The notes below the pieces were generated by a model that ran no database searches, was not told where the DNA came from, and worked only from the letters and a program-made list of their open reading frames with translations. Position numbers and translations under genes: made by a program. From contig OZ037772.1 of the NCBI GenBank assembly GCA_964035545.1, positions 11,468,818 to 11,532,817 of the forward strand: DNA of 64,000 bases, given 5' to 3'. Source of the DNA: Bugula neritina (Eukaryota > Animalia > Bryozoa). Of the stretch, positions 36,826-56,355 are shown piece by piece. Numbering within the stretch: position 1 is the stretch's first letter; every line of letters begins with the position of its first letter.

Positions 36826-37599
36826 AAGATTCTCAAAAAAGGCAAATACCGGAAAATGATCTGAGATATCTTTATCAAGTGTACCACTAATGATGTTACT
36901 ACTGTAGAAATTTATGGCTATGTGATATTAGCTTCATGATGGAGACTTGAGACAGATTAAATTTGCTTGAGATTCTGAAGCTGTGTTAGCTCCACTAGAA
37001 ACCTCTCAACAGGGCCATTTTCTTGCTTTTTGACATCTTTGACCAGCACCAGAGTTCCTATCTTGAACAACAAGCACCTGCTTCAGACGGTCACCACCTA
37101 ATTCTTTTACTAGACACACAGAGATCAACTTTGCTCCTTGAGGTCTTAGGTTGATGGTGGTCACAACTAAAATTAGGACAAAAATTTTAAATAAATTTTG
37201 CTCAATGCACGAAAAAGCTAATAAAATATCAATTTATTGTTTTTGGTTTAAAAGCTCAAGTAAGCGTTCTTTTACTACAGTTAGTAGCAGTATTATATAA
37301 TATCTAATACACAGTCAAGAGTGACAAATATATGCTGTGTGACTTTAGTCAACTCTTTGATGAGCTCATGTCAGTTAATAAATTATAGTGTAAGCTGGTC
37401 AGAAATATTCTCACTGGTCAATCATAGATTATGATTTTAGTAACTTTTCATTCGGGACGGTTGAGGAAAGTGGAAGAAAACTTGCCACTATTGTTTCGAA
37501 GTATAAGAAAGTCAAGAAAACTGTTGCCTTCAATGTTGAACTTCCCTGAAAAACAAAACTGAGCATCGTCACAGATTAGACTGGTACATAAACACTAAC

Positions 37600-37719
37600 C
37601 AACAGCAATTTTTTCGTTTTCATCTGCTCCTTTTCGTCTACAAAGTTTTCCTTTATATGAATCTTGACCGTGAACACTGTGTGTGACCTGCTAGACTTGG
37701 CATTGAGTTTAGTAGACGC
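37600..37719 (-). pseudogene. Kinesin motor-domain exon fragment, kinesin-5 (KIF11/Eg5)-like
   Basis: ASTKLNAKSSRSHTVFTVKIHIKENFVDEKEQMKTKKLLL followed by a GTTAGT donor; switch-I NxxSSRSH motif and IHxKE pattern of kinesin-5. Confidence 0.75.
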
Positions 37720-38101
37720 ATAGCTAATATTATATGGAACTACTTTTAAAATAATAATTGTCTTTTAATGCAGAAATCAAATATATTCCTCATAAAAGTT
37801 TACAGTAAGTCCAAATTTTCATTGCAGTTTTCAATGGGGTTGAAAATATAGATTGTATACATACTTGACGTTGGCCAGTATCTTTTCCAGATCATAAAAA
37901 GAGCAATACACCTGCTATTCCCACAAGCAATGTTATGCCAATAATACAGAGCGTTATAGAAGTTATTTCAATAGCTTTCAACAAACAACATTTCAACGGT
38001 ACAAGAAGAGGTTCTGGTCTAAGTTAAACCTACTTTCATTGATTTTACATGCTCGAATCTGGCCAGTATGTTTTTCATATATTATAAATTGAGAATTAAA
38101 T

Positions 38102-38760
38102 TTTGCTGTAAAAGTTTGCTTGAAATGCTCAACTTTGAGTGGCAAATAAGATGAGGCTGATGTACTGTTTTATTTTATTCTCCCATCCTGCCCCCCTCTC
38201 CCCCTACCCCTCTCCCCCTACCCCTCTCCCCCTACCCCTCTTCCCCTCTTCCCTTTCCATTCCCCTCTCCCTTTCCTCTTTTTCCCTCCTTCAAAAGAAA
38301 CTCTGAAACTCTGAAACTCATACTTAAAGTCAACAACTATGAAAAAAACCTAAAGTAATAAAATTTGGTGAAATTATTTATTTTTGAGTTCTTTTAGAGT
38401 GATTTAAAAATTTAATTGATTCAAATATATATATTTGAATCAATAATTGTTAAAGAGGTGCTTTTTAAAATGTCTGTTTAAAGTGTTTCAAATTTCACCT
38501 CTTAAGCATGTAGTCTCTGAGCGATTCACTATTTACTTTATCCAGTTTAAATTTGTCAAACTTTGCTTCCCATTTCACTGCAATGCCTCCATGAGCACTT
38601 GCTCTGTAATCGTCAAAAATCTGTGCTGCCAAATCACCAGATAAACTCTCCACTGTGTCACAACTTCTTCCACTCAAATAGGTTGTCTTTTCCTCAGATG
38701 GTTTCTGAAAAATAATTGTAGAAAATAATCTGCTCAACTCAGTTACAAATGTTGAAGATT
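38102..38760 (-). pseudogene. Exon-like fragment of unknown protein plus pyrimidine tract; duplicated at 40014-40642
   Basis: ORFs 38495-38737 and 40452-40697 are near-identical ([33 protein letters not shown]); the second copy has an internal stop. Confidence 0.6.
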
Positions 38761-41674
38761 CAGGTCAGGCTTCTGCATGGTCATCAGTTTTTGCAGGGAA
38801 AATTCGTGATTAGGTTGTGATCTTGAATAACAAATACCTGGTAAAAAGTGATTGTAAAGTTGGCAAAGAGTATCTGTTATACCAATTATATTATGCTTGT
38901 GTACATAAATTATTACACCAATTACCATTATTAAAACAGTCTTTTATATAAAGTTGAAGTGTTGAAAAAAAAATTAAGTTTAACTGGCTGACAATTAAAA
39001 TATTCATGTTGGCAAAGCAAACACTTTTTAGTAATTTTTTTCAACCTGCACCGCCAGCCCTAGTTTAACACAAAAACTGAATTAATAATACTGGTTTTGG
39101 GAAAAATGCAATAAATGACTTTAGGGTTATCCTTGAGATTCTGAAGCTGTGTTAGTTCTACTAGAAACTTCTCAAGATGACCATTTTCTTGCCTTTTGAC
39201 ATCTTTAACCAGCACCAGAGTTCCTGTCAATTGAATAACAAGCTCTATACCTACTATAGCATTTTGCATTTACACATAAATATTGTTTAAACATATATTC
39301 TTTATGCAGTTATAAACTGCAACTTCGGGGACCTGCATGGGCAACTAGACTGCTCTTTCATCTTTTTTTCTAAAGTCTATACACGACCAACATGTTTTCG
39401 TTAAAAATATGGATACTATTATATATGATCAATTTTTAGTTTTTCACATTTTCTTTGGCCGTCATTCCAGTACTCAGATGACCTCCCTCATATATAGGCT
39501 GGTCTCTTTCGTTACTGGAACTAGCAACTTAGAAGCTTTATACAAAATACAAATTCTAGCTTAAATTAAAATTTAAAATTAAATTTTGACTATAACCTTC
39601 ATAGGGTAGATAGTTTACAAGTTAAAATTTGCTCTAAATGTTTCATTGACAATATCATAGGCTAGCTGTTGACTAAAGCCTTCTGCTATACAGTTAGCTA
39701 TACAATTAACAAGATGCAACCCTTATTCCTTATGATTAGGTGTAGCAGAGCCTTTCAGTTTTATAAAATCCTCTCTGTATCAATCACTATATTATATGTT
39801 TTATCTCCCACACAACTATCAGATGCAGAGTTTAATGCTGTGTGATTTTCTTTTTTGTTTCTCAAGCCTTAGCGCCCGGCTTACATGTCAGTAAAATGAA
39901 AAAATTTAGTCCAGGAAATTTGAGCCTTTGCTGCAAGTGTGAGATGCAAAAGTTGTTAATCAAGACATGGCTGCAGTCAGTCAAAAACGGTTATAATCAC
40001 TTTGTTACTTAGCTTTGCTGTAAAAGTTTGCTTGAAATGCTCAACTTTGAGTGGCAAATAAGATGAGGCTGATGTACTGTTTTATTTTATTCTCCCATCC
40101 TGCCCCCTCTCCCCCTACCCCTCTCCCCCTACCCTTCTCCCTCTTCCCCTTTTCCCTTTCCACCCCCCTCTCCCTTTCCTCTTTTTCCCTCCTTCAAAGG
40201 AAACTCTGAAACTCATACTTAAAGTCAAAAACTATGAAAAAAAACCTAAAGTAATAAAATTTGGTGAAATGATTTATTTTTGAGTTCTTTTAGAATGATT
40301 TAAAGATTTAATTGATTGAAATATAATTGTTAAAGAGGTGCTTTTTAAAATATCCGTTTAAAGTAGTTCAAATTTCACCTCGCTTAAGCATGTAGTCTCT
40401 GAGCGATTCACTATTTACTTTATCCAGTTTAAATCTGTTAAATTCTGATTTTTATTTCACTGTAATGTCTCCATGAGCACTTGCTCTGTAATTGTCAAAA
40501 ACCTGTGCCGCTAGATATCCAGATAGACTCTCCACTGTGTCACAACTTCTTCCACTCAAATAGGTTGTCTTATCCTCAGATGGTTTCTGAAAAATCATTG
40601 TAGAAAATAATCTGCTCAACTCAGTTACAAATGCTGGAGATTTCTGTAGTATATTAACAGCTTTAGTTCTCAAACTATCAATAAAGTTCAAGTCCATATC
40701 TTGAATAAATAATTACTAAGGATAGTTTAATATATGTCCCATATTTTTTGGCCTTACCTATATAAAGATGCATGAAAACCTATGTGTGGAAGCTATGCCA
40801 ATTTAAACGTAAATTTAAATTAGCTTGTGTGAATTATTTTAAATTTCTTAAATACAATTTAGCATATCCTAGGTTATCAATCTTGGCAAGTACCTCAGGT
40901 ACAGGAGTTATCTCTCTAACAAGAGAATACAGATGACAGTCATGTGTTTAGTGAGATTATATTTGTATGCAGTCTTATAGTCGCACACTCTGCACTCCTC
41001 ACATACTTGATATAATAACTACCTTTAATTTTAGTTTAGTAATTACATAGACAGTACTGGTATCTTTCGTGTTCAGTGTGCAACTTCTAATAGAGTTCTG
41101 ATTACTAGCAACTGTTTATAGCAGCTACACTTTTTTCTTTTTATTGAAGGTGCTTCTATTTATGTTCTTAAATAGAAAGTTAATTCAATAGTACTTGGTT
41201 TTTTCATAGTAATTCGCTTTTTTCCTGCAACTTGAAATGAGAACACACAAATTATAGTTTTGCAGAAAGTTTTTCTCCTTCTGTTTTCAAAAATTTGATA
41301 TTGAGCACTAAGTTGGGCTTCAGTCATGGCTGTGAAAAAATATGTGAATAATTGTAACCTGTATAGCTCTGTTATGGCACCTAATAGCTGTCAGAGAGTA
41401 CAGGGTCTCGGTTGCTGCCTCTCAGCTCTTCAGCTGAATCCTTAAATATGTAATTTACTCCTGAAGCTTTTAACCTTTATAGCTGGTTCTGGAACTGAAA
41501 ATAACAAATATTATTTAACCGTTTGTATTCATGCATATATAAAGTATGATTTATCTTTTATTAGTTGTTGTGAAGTAAAGGAAATGCATTTTTTTATTAT
41601 GTAAAAACAATTAAAACTAAAAAACAAAAGTTTACATATTACAGGAAATTTAACTCTAAAGAAGTGATCACTCA

Positions 41675-42451
41675 TGCATATACAATATCCTCCAACATTT
41701 TGATCTTTTTCTCAAAAGTCTGCTGTCTCTTCAGATTTTCTTGCTTCTGCTCCACTATAGTGCTAGTGCTGTCAGTGACAGCGCCATCTACTTCCATCTC
41801 TGAACCATCATCTGTCAGCTCATGGTTACAGTCGTCAAACTCGAATGTCTATCTGAAAGCGTGCATTTTAAGTTGTCCCTGTCATGTTCAAGAGCAGACA
41901 ACTCTAGTTGTTGTCTGAGTTCTGGAGCCAGGCTGGAGTCTTTGAGAGAACTGTACAGAGCATTTTGGTTGATCCCTGTCTCAATGGTGATTTTATTCAG
42001 CTTGGCTCTAAGTCTATCCCTCGACATCTCCACCAAGATAATCTTCTCGCAGAGCTCATTGCTGTGATCTATAGCATTGCTAAGCTCCCTCATCAGTTTG
42101 TCGTACTGTTGCTCCAGCAACTCAGATTTCTCTTGTAGTTTCTGGTACTCCAAAGAGCTGACAGGGTCCCCCCCTCACCTAGCTCATTGACAGCATCACG
42201 GGGTTCTTCAGTCGAAGTATCTCAGCCATGTACTGGACTCTGTTCACTGTCGGCTTGTTTTTAATTTTTTTAGCTCTGTCAGCGTACTGTAGCGTGTTTA
42301 GAGTTTTCCTCATGTTAGAGTCATCAAAGTAAAGGAGTTGCTCCCAAGTGAATCTTGAAGCAGACGAGTCAATTTGCGGTTTGTGAGAGACATTATTTTT
42401 TTTCTTCTCATTACCAAGAGCTGATACAGCATTGCCAAGAGCAAGCAATCC
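41675..42451 (-). pseudogene. KIF4/chromokinesin-like pseudogene fragment (end of motor domain plus coiled coil)
   Basis: LLALGNAVSALG, frameshifted KLTRLLQDSLGSNSFTLM, DSNMRKTLNTLQYADRAKKIKNKPTVN, then KLMRELSNA..LCEKIILVE; contains deletions and stops. Confidence 0.85.
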
Positions 42452-45220
42452 TAAGTTTAATACTTTATAATACTAAAACTTTATTATATTTACAATATTT
42501 TATTGTTTTCAAATATTTATTTATCTCCAAGTTGTCTGGAGCCATAAAAAATGTTTAGCTTCTCTGTATACGTAAATATACATACCACTGGCCTACTTTT
42601 GCAGAGCTTTTTACTTAATAGTTGAGTGTTAGGTGGAGCCTCTTTTCTCTTGCTGTACATTTATACTTTTAGCTTTATAGAGGTGCATTTATAATAATCT
42701 GCTGGGCTGAAGCTATGCTATACAGTTTCCTAATTGGATAGGACAACTCTTTCTATTAAGCAATTAATTTAATTTGCCTGCACACAGCAGATAAAAGTTC
42801 TCTTCGCTTTTTATGAATTGGTTTCTTTCAAGAAGCTTACACTATTCTCATGTTAGAGACTGGAGATAGATTAAATTTGTTTGTTTCCAACTGACTGCAA
42901 CATGCTGTTTATTTTACAGATTTAGAATTATAACATTCATATCACTTATTCAACTACTTATACAATAGCAGAGCATAATATACTTTTACTATTGGGTATA
43001 ACATAGTTAGTCAGCAATTTGAGTGTTGTACTTTTAGTATTGTTGATACTGAAGTTGTGTAGCTAGCATATCACATTTTTCTTGTTACAGAGGGAAGGCA
43101 ACTGACAATTTTCCTCTTGAGCCACACATAATATTAATAAGTTTTAGGAGAGCTCCTTTGAATTCTTTCAGTGACAGAGGGAAGACAACTAACAACCTCC
43201 AACTCCATCTCGCACATAATAGTAAACAGTTTTAGAGGAGGTCCTTTTGAATCAGAGGGTATAAGGTCAGAGGTCACTGTCTCCCAGCTCTTCAACTAAG
43301 TATACATGGATTATATGTAACTTGCCCTAAATCTACTAAATCTCCAAAAGTCATTTTTGAAAATATTTGACAATTGTATTTATTCTCTAAATCAATCAAT
43401 TTAATTTCATTTTCTTAGTAGTATAACTTCATTGCACACATGAGGATAGTACATGGGTTATCGTAGAAAATGGCCAAATCCAATTCGCTGAAGGGAGACT
43501 AAAGGCTAAACATGTATATGCACTACAGACTTGGTTCAACCATGTATTAGAGGAAGTAAGCACTTCTAAACCCATTATATATCTATACCTCTTCATTGTC
43601 ATAATATAGAGCACTAAAGCATTTTCTAAGACCGTAATTTTTATAATAGCTCTGTTATTTTGTTTTAGCATAGTCCTTTGGCATATTAGTCGTTAATTTA
43701 TAAAGAACTAGAATTTTAAAATTACTAACCTGAGCCATAGGATTTATCACAAAACTAATTGGCTTAAACGTACAGCCCTGTAGTTGTGTGTATATGATGG
43801 CCAAAATATATGTAGATATTTTAAAGAGAAAGATATTCTATTCATTCTTCATTCCTGCTTGTAGGAAGGCTATACATGGATTATACTTGTTAGTTTACGT
43901 AATGTTTTTGGCATTGAGATTATTCTCCTGTGTTTCTGTCTATGTTATCCGGAGAGTCACGTAAGAGGTTAGTGCTGGACTTTACCTATAGTCAAGTTTA
44001 CACTGAAACTGGTATTAAAAAATATGTTTTATTATTTCTATACGTATTTCTTATCACTTAAAATAATTAGAGACAAGAGTTGCAACTAAACAGCAATAAC
44101 GTACAGTGACTTGCGTATGTTTTACTTTAGCTGCTATCTGGAAACCAACATTCAAAAATCATGCAGAAAGAGTACTGAACAAGTGGCCAGGATCTTGCGG
44201 TAACGAGTTCACTAAGTGTACAGATTTATTCTTTGCTGAGAAACTGGCCGTAGGAAGTGTAATAAGAAAGTCAGAATCGAAATACTCTCTTTACAAAGAG
44301 CTCAATGTCGAAGAGGTACACATTTTGCATCAGAAAATTTTTAACCTGCTTAATTTTCTGAGGTAAAATCATTGTTGTAATATTAGTAGATTGTGGATAA
44401 TATTTTATCAAAAACTTATGTATACATGTCTGTATATAATACCCAGTCAAGCCATTTAACAATTAATATATTTGCCCTTAATTGTACCCATTTAATATTA
44501 ATTACTATAGTAGCTTTAAATGCTAAATCAGTCATCTAAATACTTTTTTGTAACAGTTTATGCTTCACTTCTAACATTCATGAAATTCTATTTCAATTAA
44601 TTCTTCCCATTTTCTATCATCTAGAAAATACATTATATACTTAGTATATACCCAATATTTTACTTATAATGGTGCTAGCTTTGCTCTTGCTACACTTAAT
44701 AAGGTCTGTTGTAGAACTTTTCTTCTTCGTTGTTTAGCAGTGCTGTCAATAACAATTTTGCTTAATCCTTCCTATAATAAAGAAATTCTCAGCTGTAACG
44801 TACATGCAGGTGTCTTTTTTATCATATGTATATGGCTGAACGCTGAAGATGCTGACCAGCTAAAATAATACGCTCTTGATCTATGAAATTATGAGTTAAA
44901 TTTTGGCTCATTTAACAGGTTCATTGCTTTTACCATTTAGTATCACAACTTCTTATAATCACAACTTTTTAGCAAAAATGTTGCTATTATTACACTTGCA
45001 ATCTGAAACAAAACTTAATGTAAAATGTAGAGTATTTTTATAACAGAATTGTCAATTTAATAAGTGCTTTGTATAAATTTTTTTGTAAGTATGTTGATAT
45101 ATAACAATTTTTTTGCAACTACATATGCATTAATTTTAACTATAATTGCAATTACACCTATATTAGAACTATTTATGCTAATGATTTCAAATTTAAAAAA
45201 ATGTTTTCTAGACAATAATC

Positions 45221-51946
<6,726 letters not shown>

Positions 51947-53736
51947 AATGTGGCTGATAAATTAAGATAATTTCCAGTAGTCTTGGAATTTGACTCGCAA
52001 TGAAACATACAACTGTATATGAGCTGAATCAAACTACCAGACTATTGTAACTACTTGATTATATAATTCTGTTTTAATTTTACTTCTATCATTATATTTT
52101 TCTTACAAAATTATAGTTTTGGATTTAATTAGTGTGATTTTACTGACGTTTTATTATATAGTAAGCCTACAGCTATAATATAGTTACTATTCACATTCTT
52201 ACATATATAGCTCAGTTATCCAGTTTATGAGGAATATCTTTGAAAATTCCTATAATGCAGTTCCCATACTTTATGTCACTTGAAACTTTCAAACCCTGAA
52301 TTTAGCAGTGACACTCTATCCACTAAACTACTATGAAAAGGAATATTAATTTGTAATTTTTTACAAGGTGAAGGGGTGCACCCAACATAAACCTATAATA
52401 TTATTAGATTTATTGTAGCTTAGCAATTTTACGTTATTATTACATTTTATTTGTGTTGAAAATAAAGTTCTGAAACTTTAGTATCCATGCAAACCTAATC
52501 TATTTTTAATTACGCATCAGTGGCAATCTAACTTTATTATATAACATAACTATACTCTTCAGGAGTACATGGTGTACTTAGGTCAGTGTAGAATTGATAA
52601 ATAACATAACTACTAGCTATTAATGGAGAGTTCCTATTTAATGCAACTGGAAAGGCAATGTATCAAGATAACATTATGTATTCAATTGTTGTGGCAAACT
52701 TATAGAATCATATAAATCATGGAGTCTTATTGAAATTTTCCAGATTTCTGCACAGTTTCCATACAGTTTCTACACGGAGCTTGATGTTCTAAAATAGCAC
52801 AAAGATGGCAAAAGTTTCACGATGGTTAATTAATTCACCAACTATTTTTCTGAATTTAGATGACTCGAAACTTTAATAGTTAGTATTTGCCTCCCCTGTG
52901 CACCAAATATAAATTAGCCAAATATTATTAAAAAAATATGCAGGTATTGTATAAATAAAAATAAACAAGTTTGAAAACTTCAATTCATTATAAAATAATA
53001 AATAATGTTTCATAAAACAAATAATTTTATAAATATAATTATATTAGACTTTAAACACCTTTATTTGTGCTTTAGTAATGTGACTATATACACAACAATG
53101 AAACTGCTAGTCTAGTCTATAACGTACATAATAAAATGATTTCACTCAACAAGTATGATGCATATATCATAAGAATAAACTTGCTAATAAAGCTATTGTT
53201 AGAGGCACCCTAGCACCATCATGCATTCTATTAGTATATTCAGTCCCACATGTTGCATTCTATGACACAGCCTTCAGCCTTTGGGGTTTTGTACACCTAA
53301 GATCATACAATCATTTGCTCTATGAAACTAGTTGCCTTGAAGCAAAACCTCCTAAACAGCACGACTAACTGCTTATTTATTATATTGATGCAGTTGGAGC
53401 TAAACATGTAGAGTTTATTGAACAGATTTCACTCATATCACAGCTGCTGCCTACACAGCTGCAGTTCATATGTAGAGATCACACATTTGCTGGGCTATAT
53501 ATCATGCACTCTTTAGCTAAGTTTCACCAGGTGCTTTCAATAATAATTATACTGATAGGTAAGAAATAATATGTATAAAAAATAAGTGCCTACATGTAAA
53601 ACAAAAGATATTTCAAGCATCTTACACCATTTACTTTTACAAGGCATAAACAACTTTATAAATAACTTTTTCAGCTGCCCACCCAACCTGGTTCGCTTGC
53701 TTGGGGGAGGGGGGGGGGTAAAAATCACAATATTAT

Positions 53737-55385
53737 AAACTGTAGAGTTGTGTCCTCGTGCAGGACAACTCTACGAAACGCTCTGATGTCATAAATTCAT
53801 TCACAAGTACCGTACCGACATAAAAAACTGACAAAAGAGACGGACTAGAAGTACCATCAGCAATAAAAAAGGATTTTCACCTCTGCACAGGGAGATTGTT
53901 TATTGGTTTTGCACAAGGCACCTAATCTAGACATAAAATGGTGGAACACCTACCAGCGGATCATTTACCTGGCCTAAATTGGTGACAATGAACATGAAAA
54001 GGGGTCTTATAGACCATAGAAATCAGCCTCAGTTCATGAAATATACTGCCCATGGACAACAGTAAAGTTTAGAAAAGGTGTCTCGATAAAGCTGAAAATT
54101 GGTTTTAATGCTCAACATATGTGGATCAAAATCTGCAAACAGCCCATTTTTTTTAATTTTGAGCAAATTTTGGATGTTTTTTAGTTAGGTTTAGGGTTTG
54201 TCCCTCCTGCATTTATTGTATTTATTTATTTATTTTTACAAATACCCATCATAAACAGAAAAAAATGGTTTTTTAAACTTTAATAATTGTTTTACAATAA
54301 TAAATAATATTTTATAAAGTAAATATTATGTGAAAAGGGCAATTTTAAAAATAGCACACCTTTATTCATACACATCTAATACTTACTTACAAAAGTTAAA
54401 AGAACTTAACAGAAAATAAGCAAAGGCACGAAGTGCAACACAACTTCACAAAATGATTTCAAAGAAATTTCTAAAGATGGCACCAAATGAAACCTGGCAC
54501 ATAAAATCACATACCAACCAGCACAGCCATAAAGGCTGACATAAATGGCTGACTAAAGTACCACCAGCAATAAAACGGCATTTTATTCACCTCTATTAAG
54601 GAAGATTGCTTATTGGTTTCACACCTGTTATGGGCAGCATCGTTCATAAAATGGTAGCAAACCCTGCCTAGATTGTCAACAATGGATGCAAAAAGAGTTC
54701 TAAATCATAGAGATCAAACCCACCTCACTTTGAATTTTGGGCAAAATTTTAGAGGTTTTGTAGAGTTATGAAAAACCATTAGGAAAATTGTCACTTCCTT
54801 CAAATTAATAGAGTATGCTAGTTGGTTGTCATGTGACTTCCTATTTGCTGCTAGAAAAATGACAATTAGCCCTGGCTCTTATGCAGCTGGATGTACTATA
54901 ATAGATGTATGAATTAGGCATTTTTACTGTGGTTGATAAAAGAATTGGGTGTTTTCACTCATTTTCAAGGATAAAGTTTAGGGTTTGTCCCCCCTGCATT
55001 TTTTGTATTTTTTTAGATTGATTTATTTATTTTTAGAAATATACATCATGGACAGATAAAAAATGGTTTTTTAGGCTTTAATAATTGTTTTACAATAATA
55101 AATAATACTCTAAAAAACTAATATTCTGTGAAAAGGGCAGTTTTTAAAAATAGCACACCTTAATTCATACACATCCAATACTTACTTACAAAAGTTAAAA
55201 GAACTTAACAGAAAACAAGCTGAGGCACGCCGTGCACTGCATCTCCACAAAAGGATTTCAAAAAAATTCATAGAAATGCAAAAATTTCATGCAAGAAAAG
55301 TCTTGTTCACATCGCACCAAATGAAATCACAGACCAACCAGTAGCTGGCAAAACGGCAGAGCTAGACTGCCACCAGCAATATATA
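53737..55385. repeat. ~0.7-0.8-kb tandem duplication (2 copies plus start of a third) preceded by a hairpin
   Basis: ACCAYCAGCAATA at ~53853, ~54560 and ~55370; GTTTAGGGTTTGTCCC at ~54189 and ~54976 followed by ~300 bp of high similarity; hairpin GTAGAGTTG..TCCT-CGTGC-AGGACAACTCTAC at 53742-53774. Confidence 0.85.
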
Positions 55386-56355
55386 ATGCTGTCTGGACCA
55401 TAGAAATGAACCTCTCTGTAGCCAGTATATATTTGATTACTAGTATTGAGCCAGGTCATGAGAGATACTGTCCAGACTATTATTAGTTGCTATCCATAAC
55501 TACTAAGTGTTCACATGGAAACTAAGAACACTGGGAAAGGTGCAGTATGCTTCACATCCATAGAGGCAAGCTGCACATCTTATATATTTTCTGAATAAAG
55601 TCTTTTGGAACTGCTAATGTTTTTTAAATTTAAATGATCATGCAGATATAGGTTGATGTAAGTTTCAACCATGTGAATGTACTAGCACTGTCAACAATTG
55701 TGATAAGTTTAAATGTGATTTGATATATTATATTTGGCCCAATGATATGCAAAAATATTACCATTTAATTTATTTCTGAATAGAATGACTTATGCTTATC
55801 ATAACTTTTTATTGTCATAGCAAATAGTAAATAATACAAATGACTAATATCTGGAATGATTAGATGAATTCGAATTAGGTTAAACTTTTACAAAGTAACA
55901 GAGTGAGAAGGTCTAAGGAGAAGTATGGAATTAGAAGCACTTTGTATGTACATAGAGAGAAACCATCTCATATCTAGTATAGCTGTTAGTAATAGATTAC
56001 ATCATAATGCGACATAACACAACGCGATAGAAAATAAAAAATTCTAAAACTTTGCTCAAAATATGAACTTACAAATAGAGGTTAACCAAGCAAATATAAA
56101 ATAAAATAATCTTATTTCTCAATAGAATGAGTTCTAAAATATAGAGACTTCTGTAGTACAAGGGAAGGGGTGGGTCGCAATACACCCCTAAATCCATTCA
56201 GCAGACAAGCAACTTTTTCTTTTCAATACACTCTAAAAACATCTAATGATTTTTTTCAAAACGATTCCAGTTTTCAACCAGCAAGGAATAAAATCTCTAA
56301 CAATCACTCTAATTGGCTAATACAAGCACAAGTTTCTATGAATTCACCTCAACTG

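Larger units (their letters stand above)
34038..36926 (-). mobile_element. 5'-truncated non-LTR retrotransposon (L2/CR1 group LINE)
   Basis: Open frame from the end of the APE endonuclease (ISDHFPVF, ~36870) through RT; 3'UTR stem-loop at 34591-34634; AATAAA and (AAAC)n tail interrupted by the MITE; possible ATATT target duplication (34035-34039 / 36925-36929). Confidence 0.92.

Noticed and set aside
36967-37165. OB-fold (RPA-like) assignment for the unknown mosaic fragments, which would support Helitron origin
   Set aside because: Based only on a beta-strand-like pattern; the LVVQD motif depends on a 2-nt indel that differs between the two copies. Needs HHpred.
39045-39063. hAT-like terminus (reverse complement TAGGGCTGGCGG)
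   Set aside because: No partner TIR or target duplication found.
44738-44918. Exon linking 44131-44362 to the orphan gene
   Set aside because: In-frame stops and incompatible phases; at most a decayed or UTR exon.
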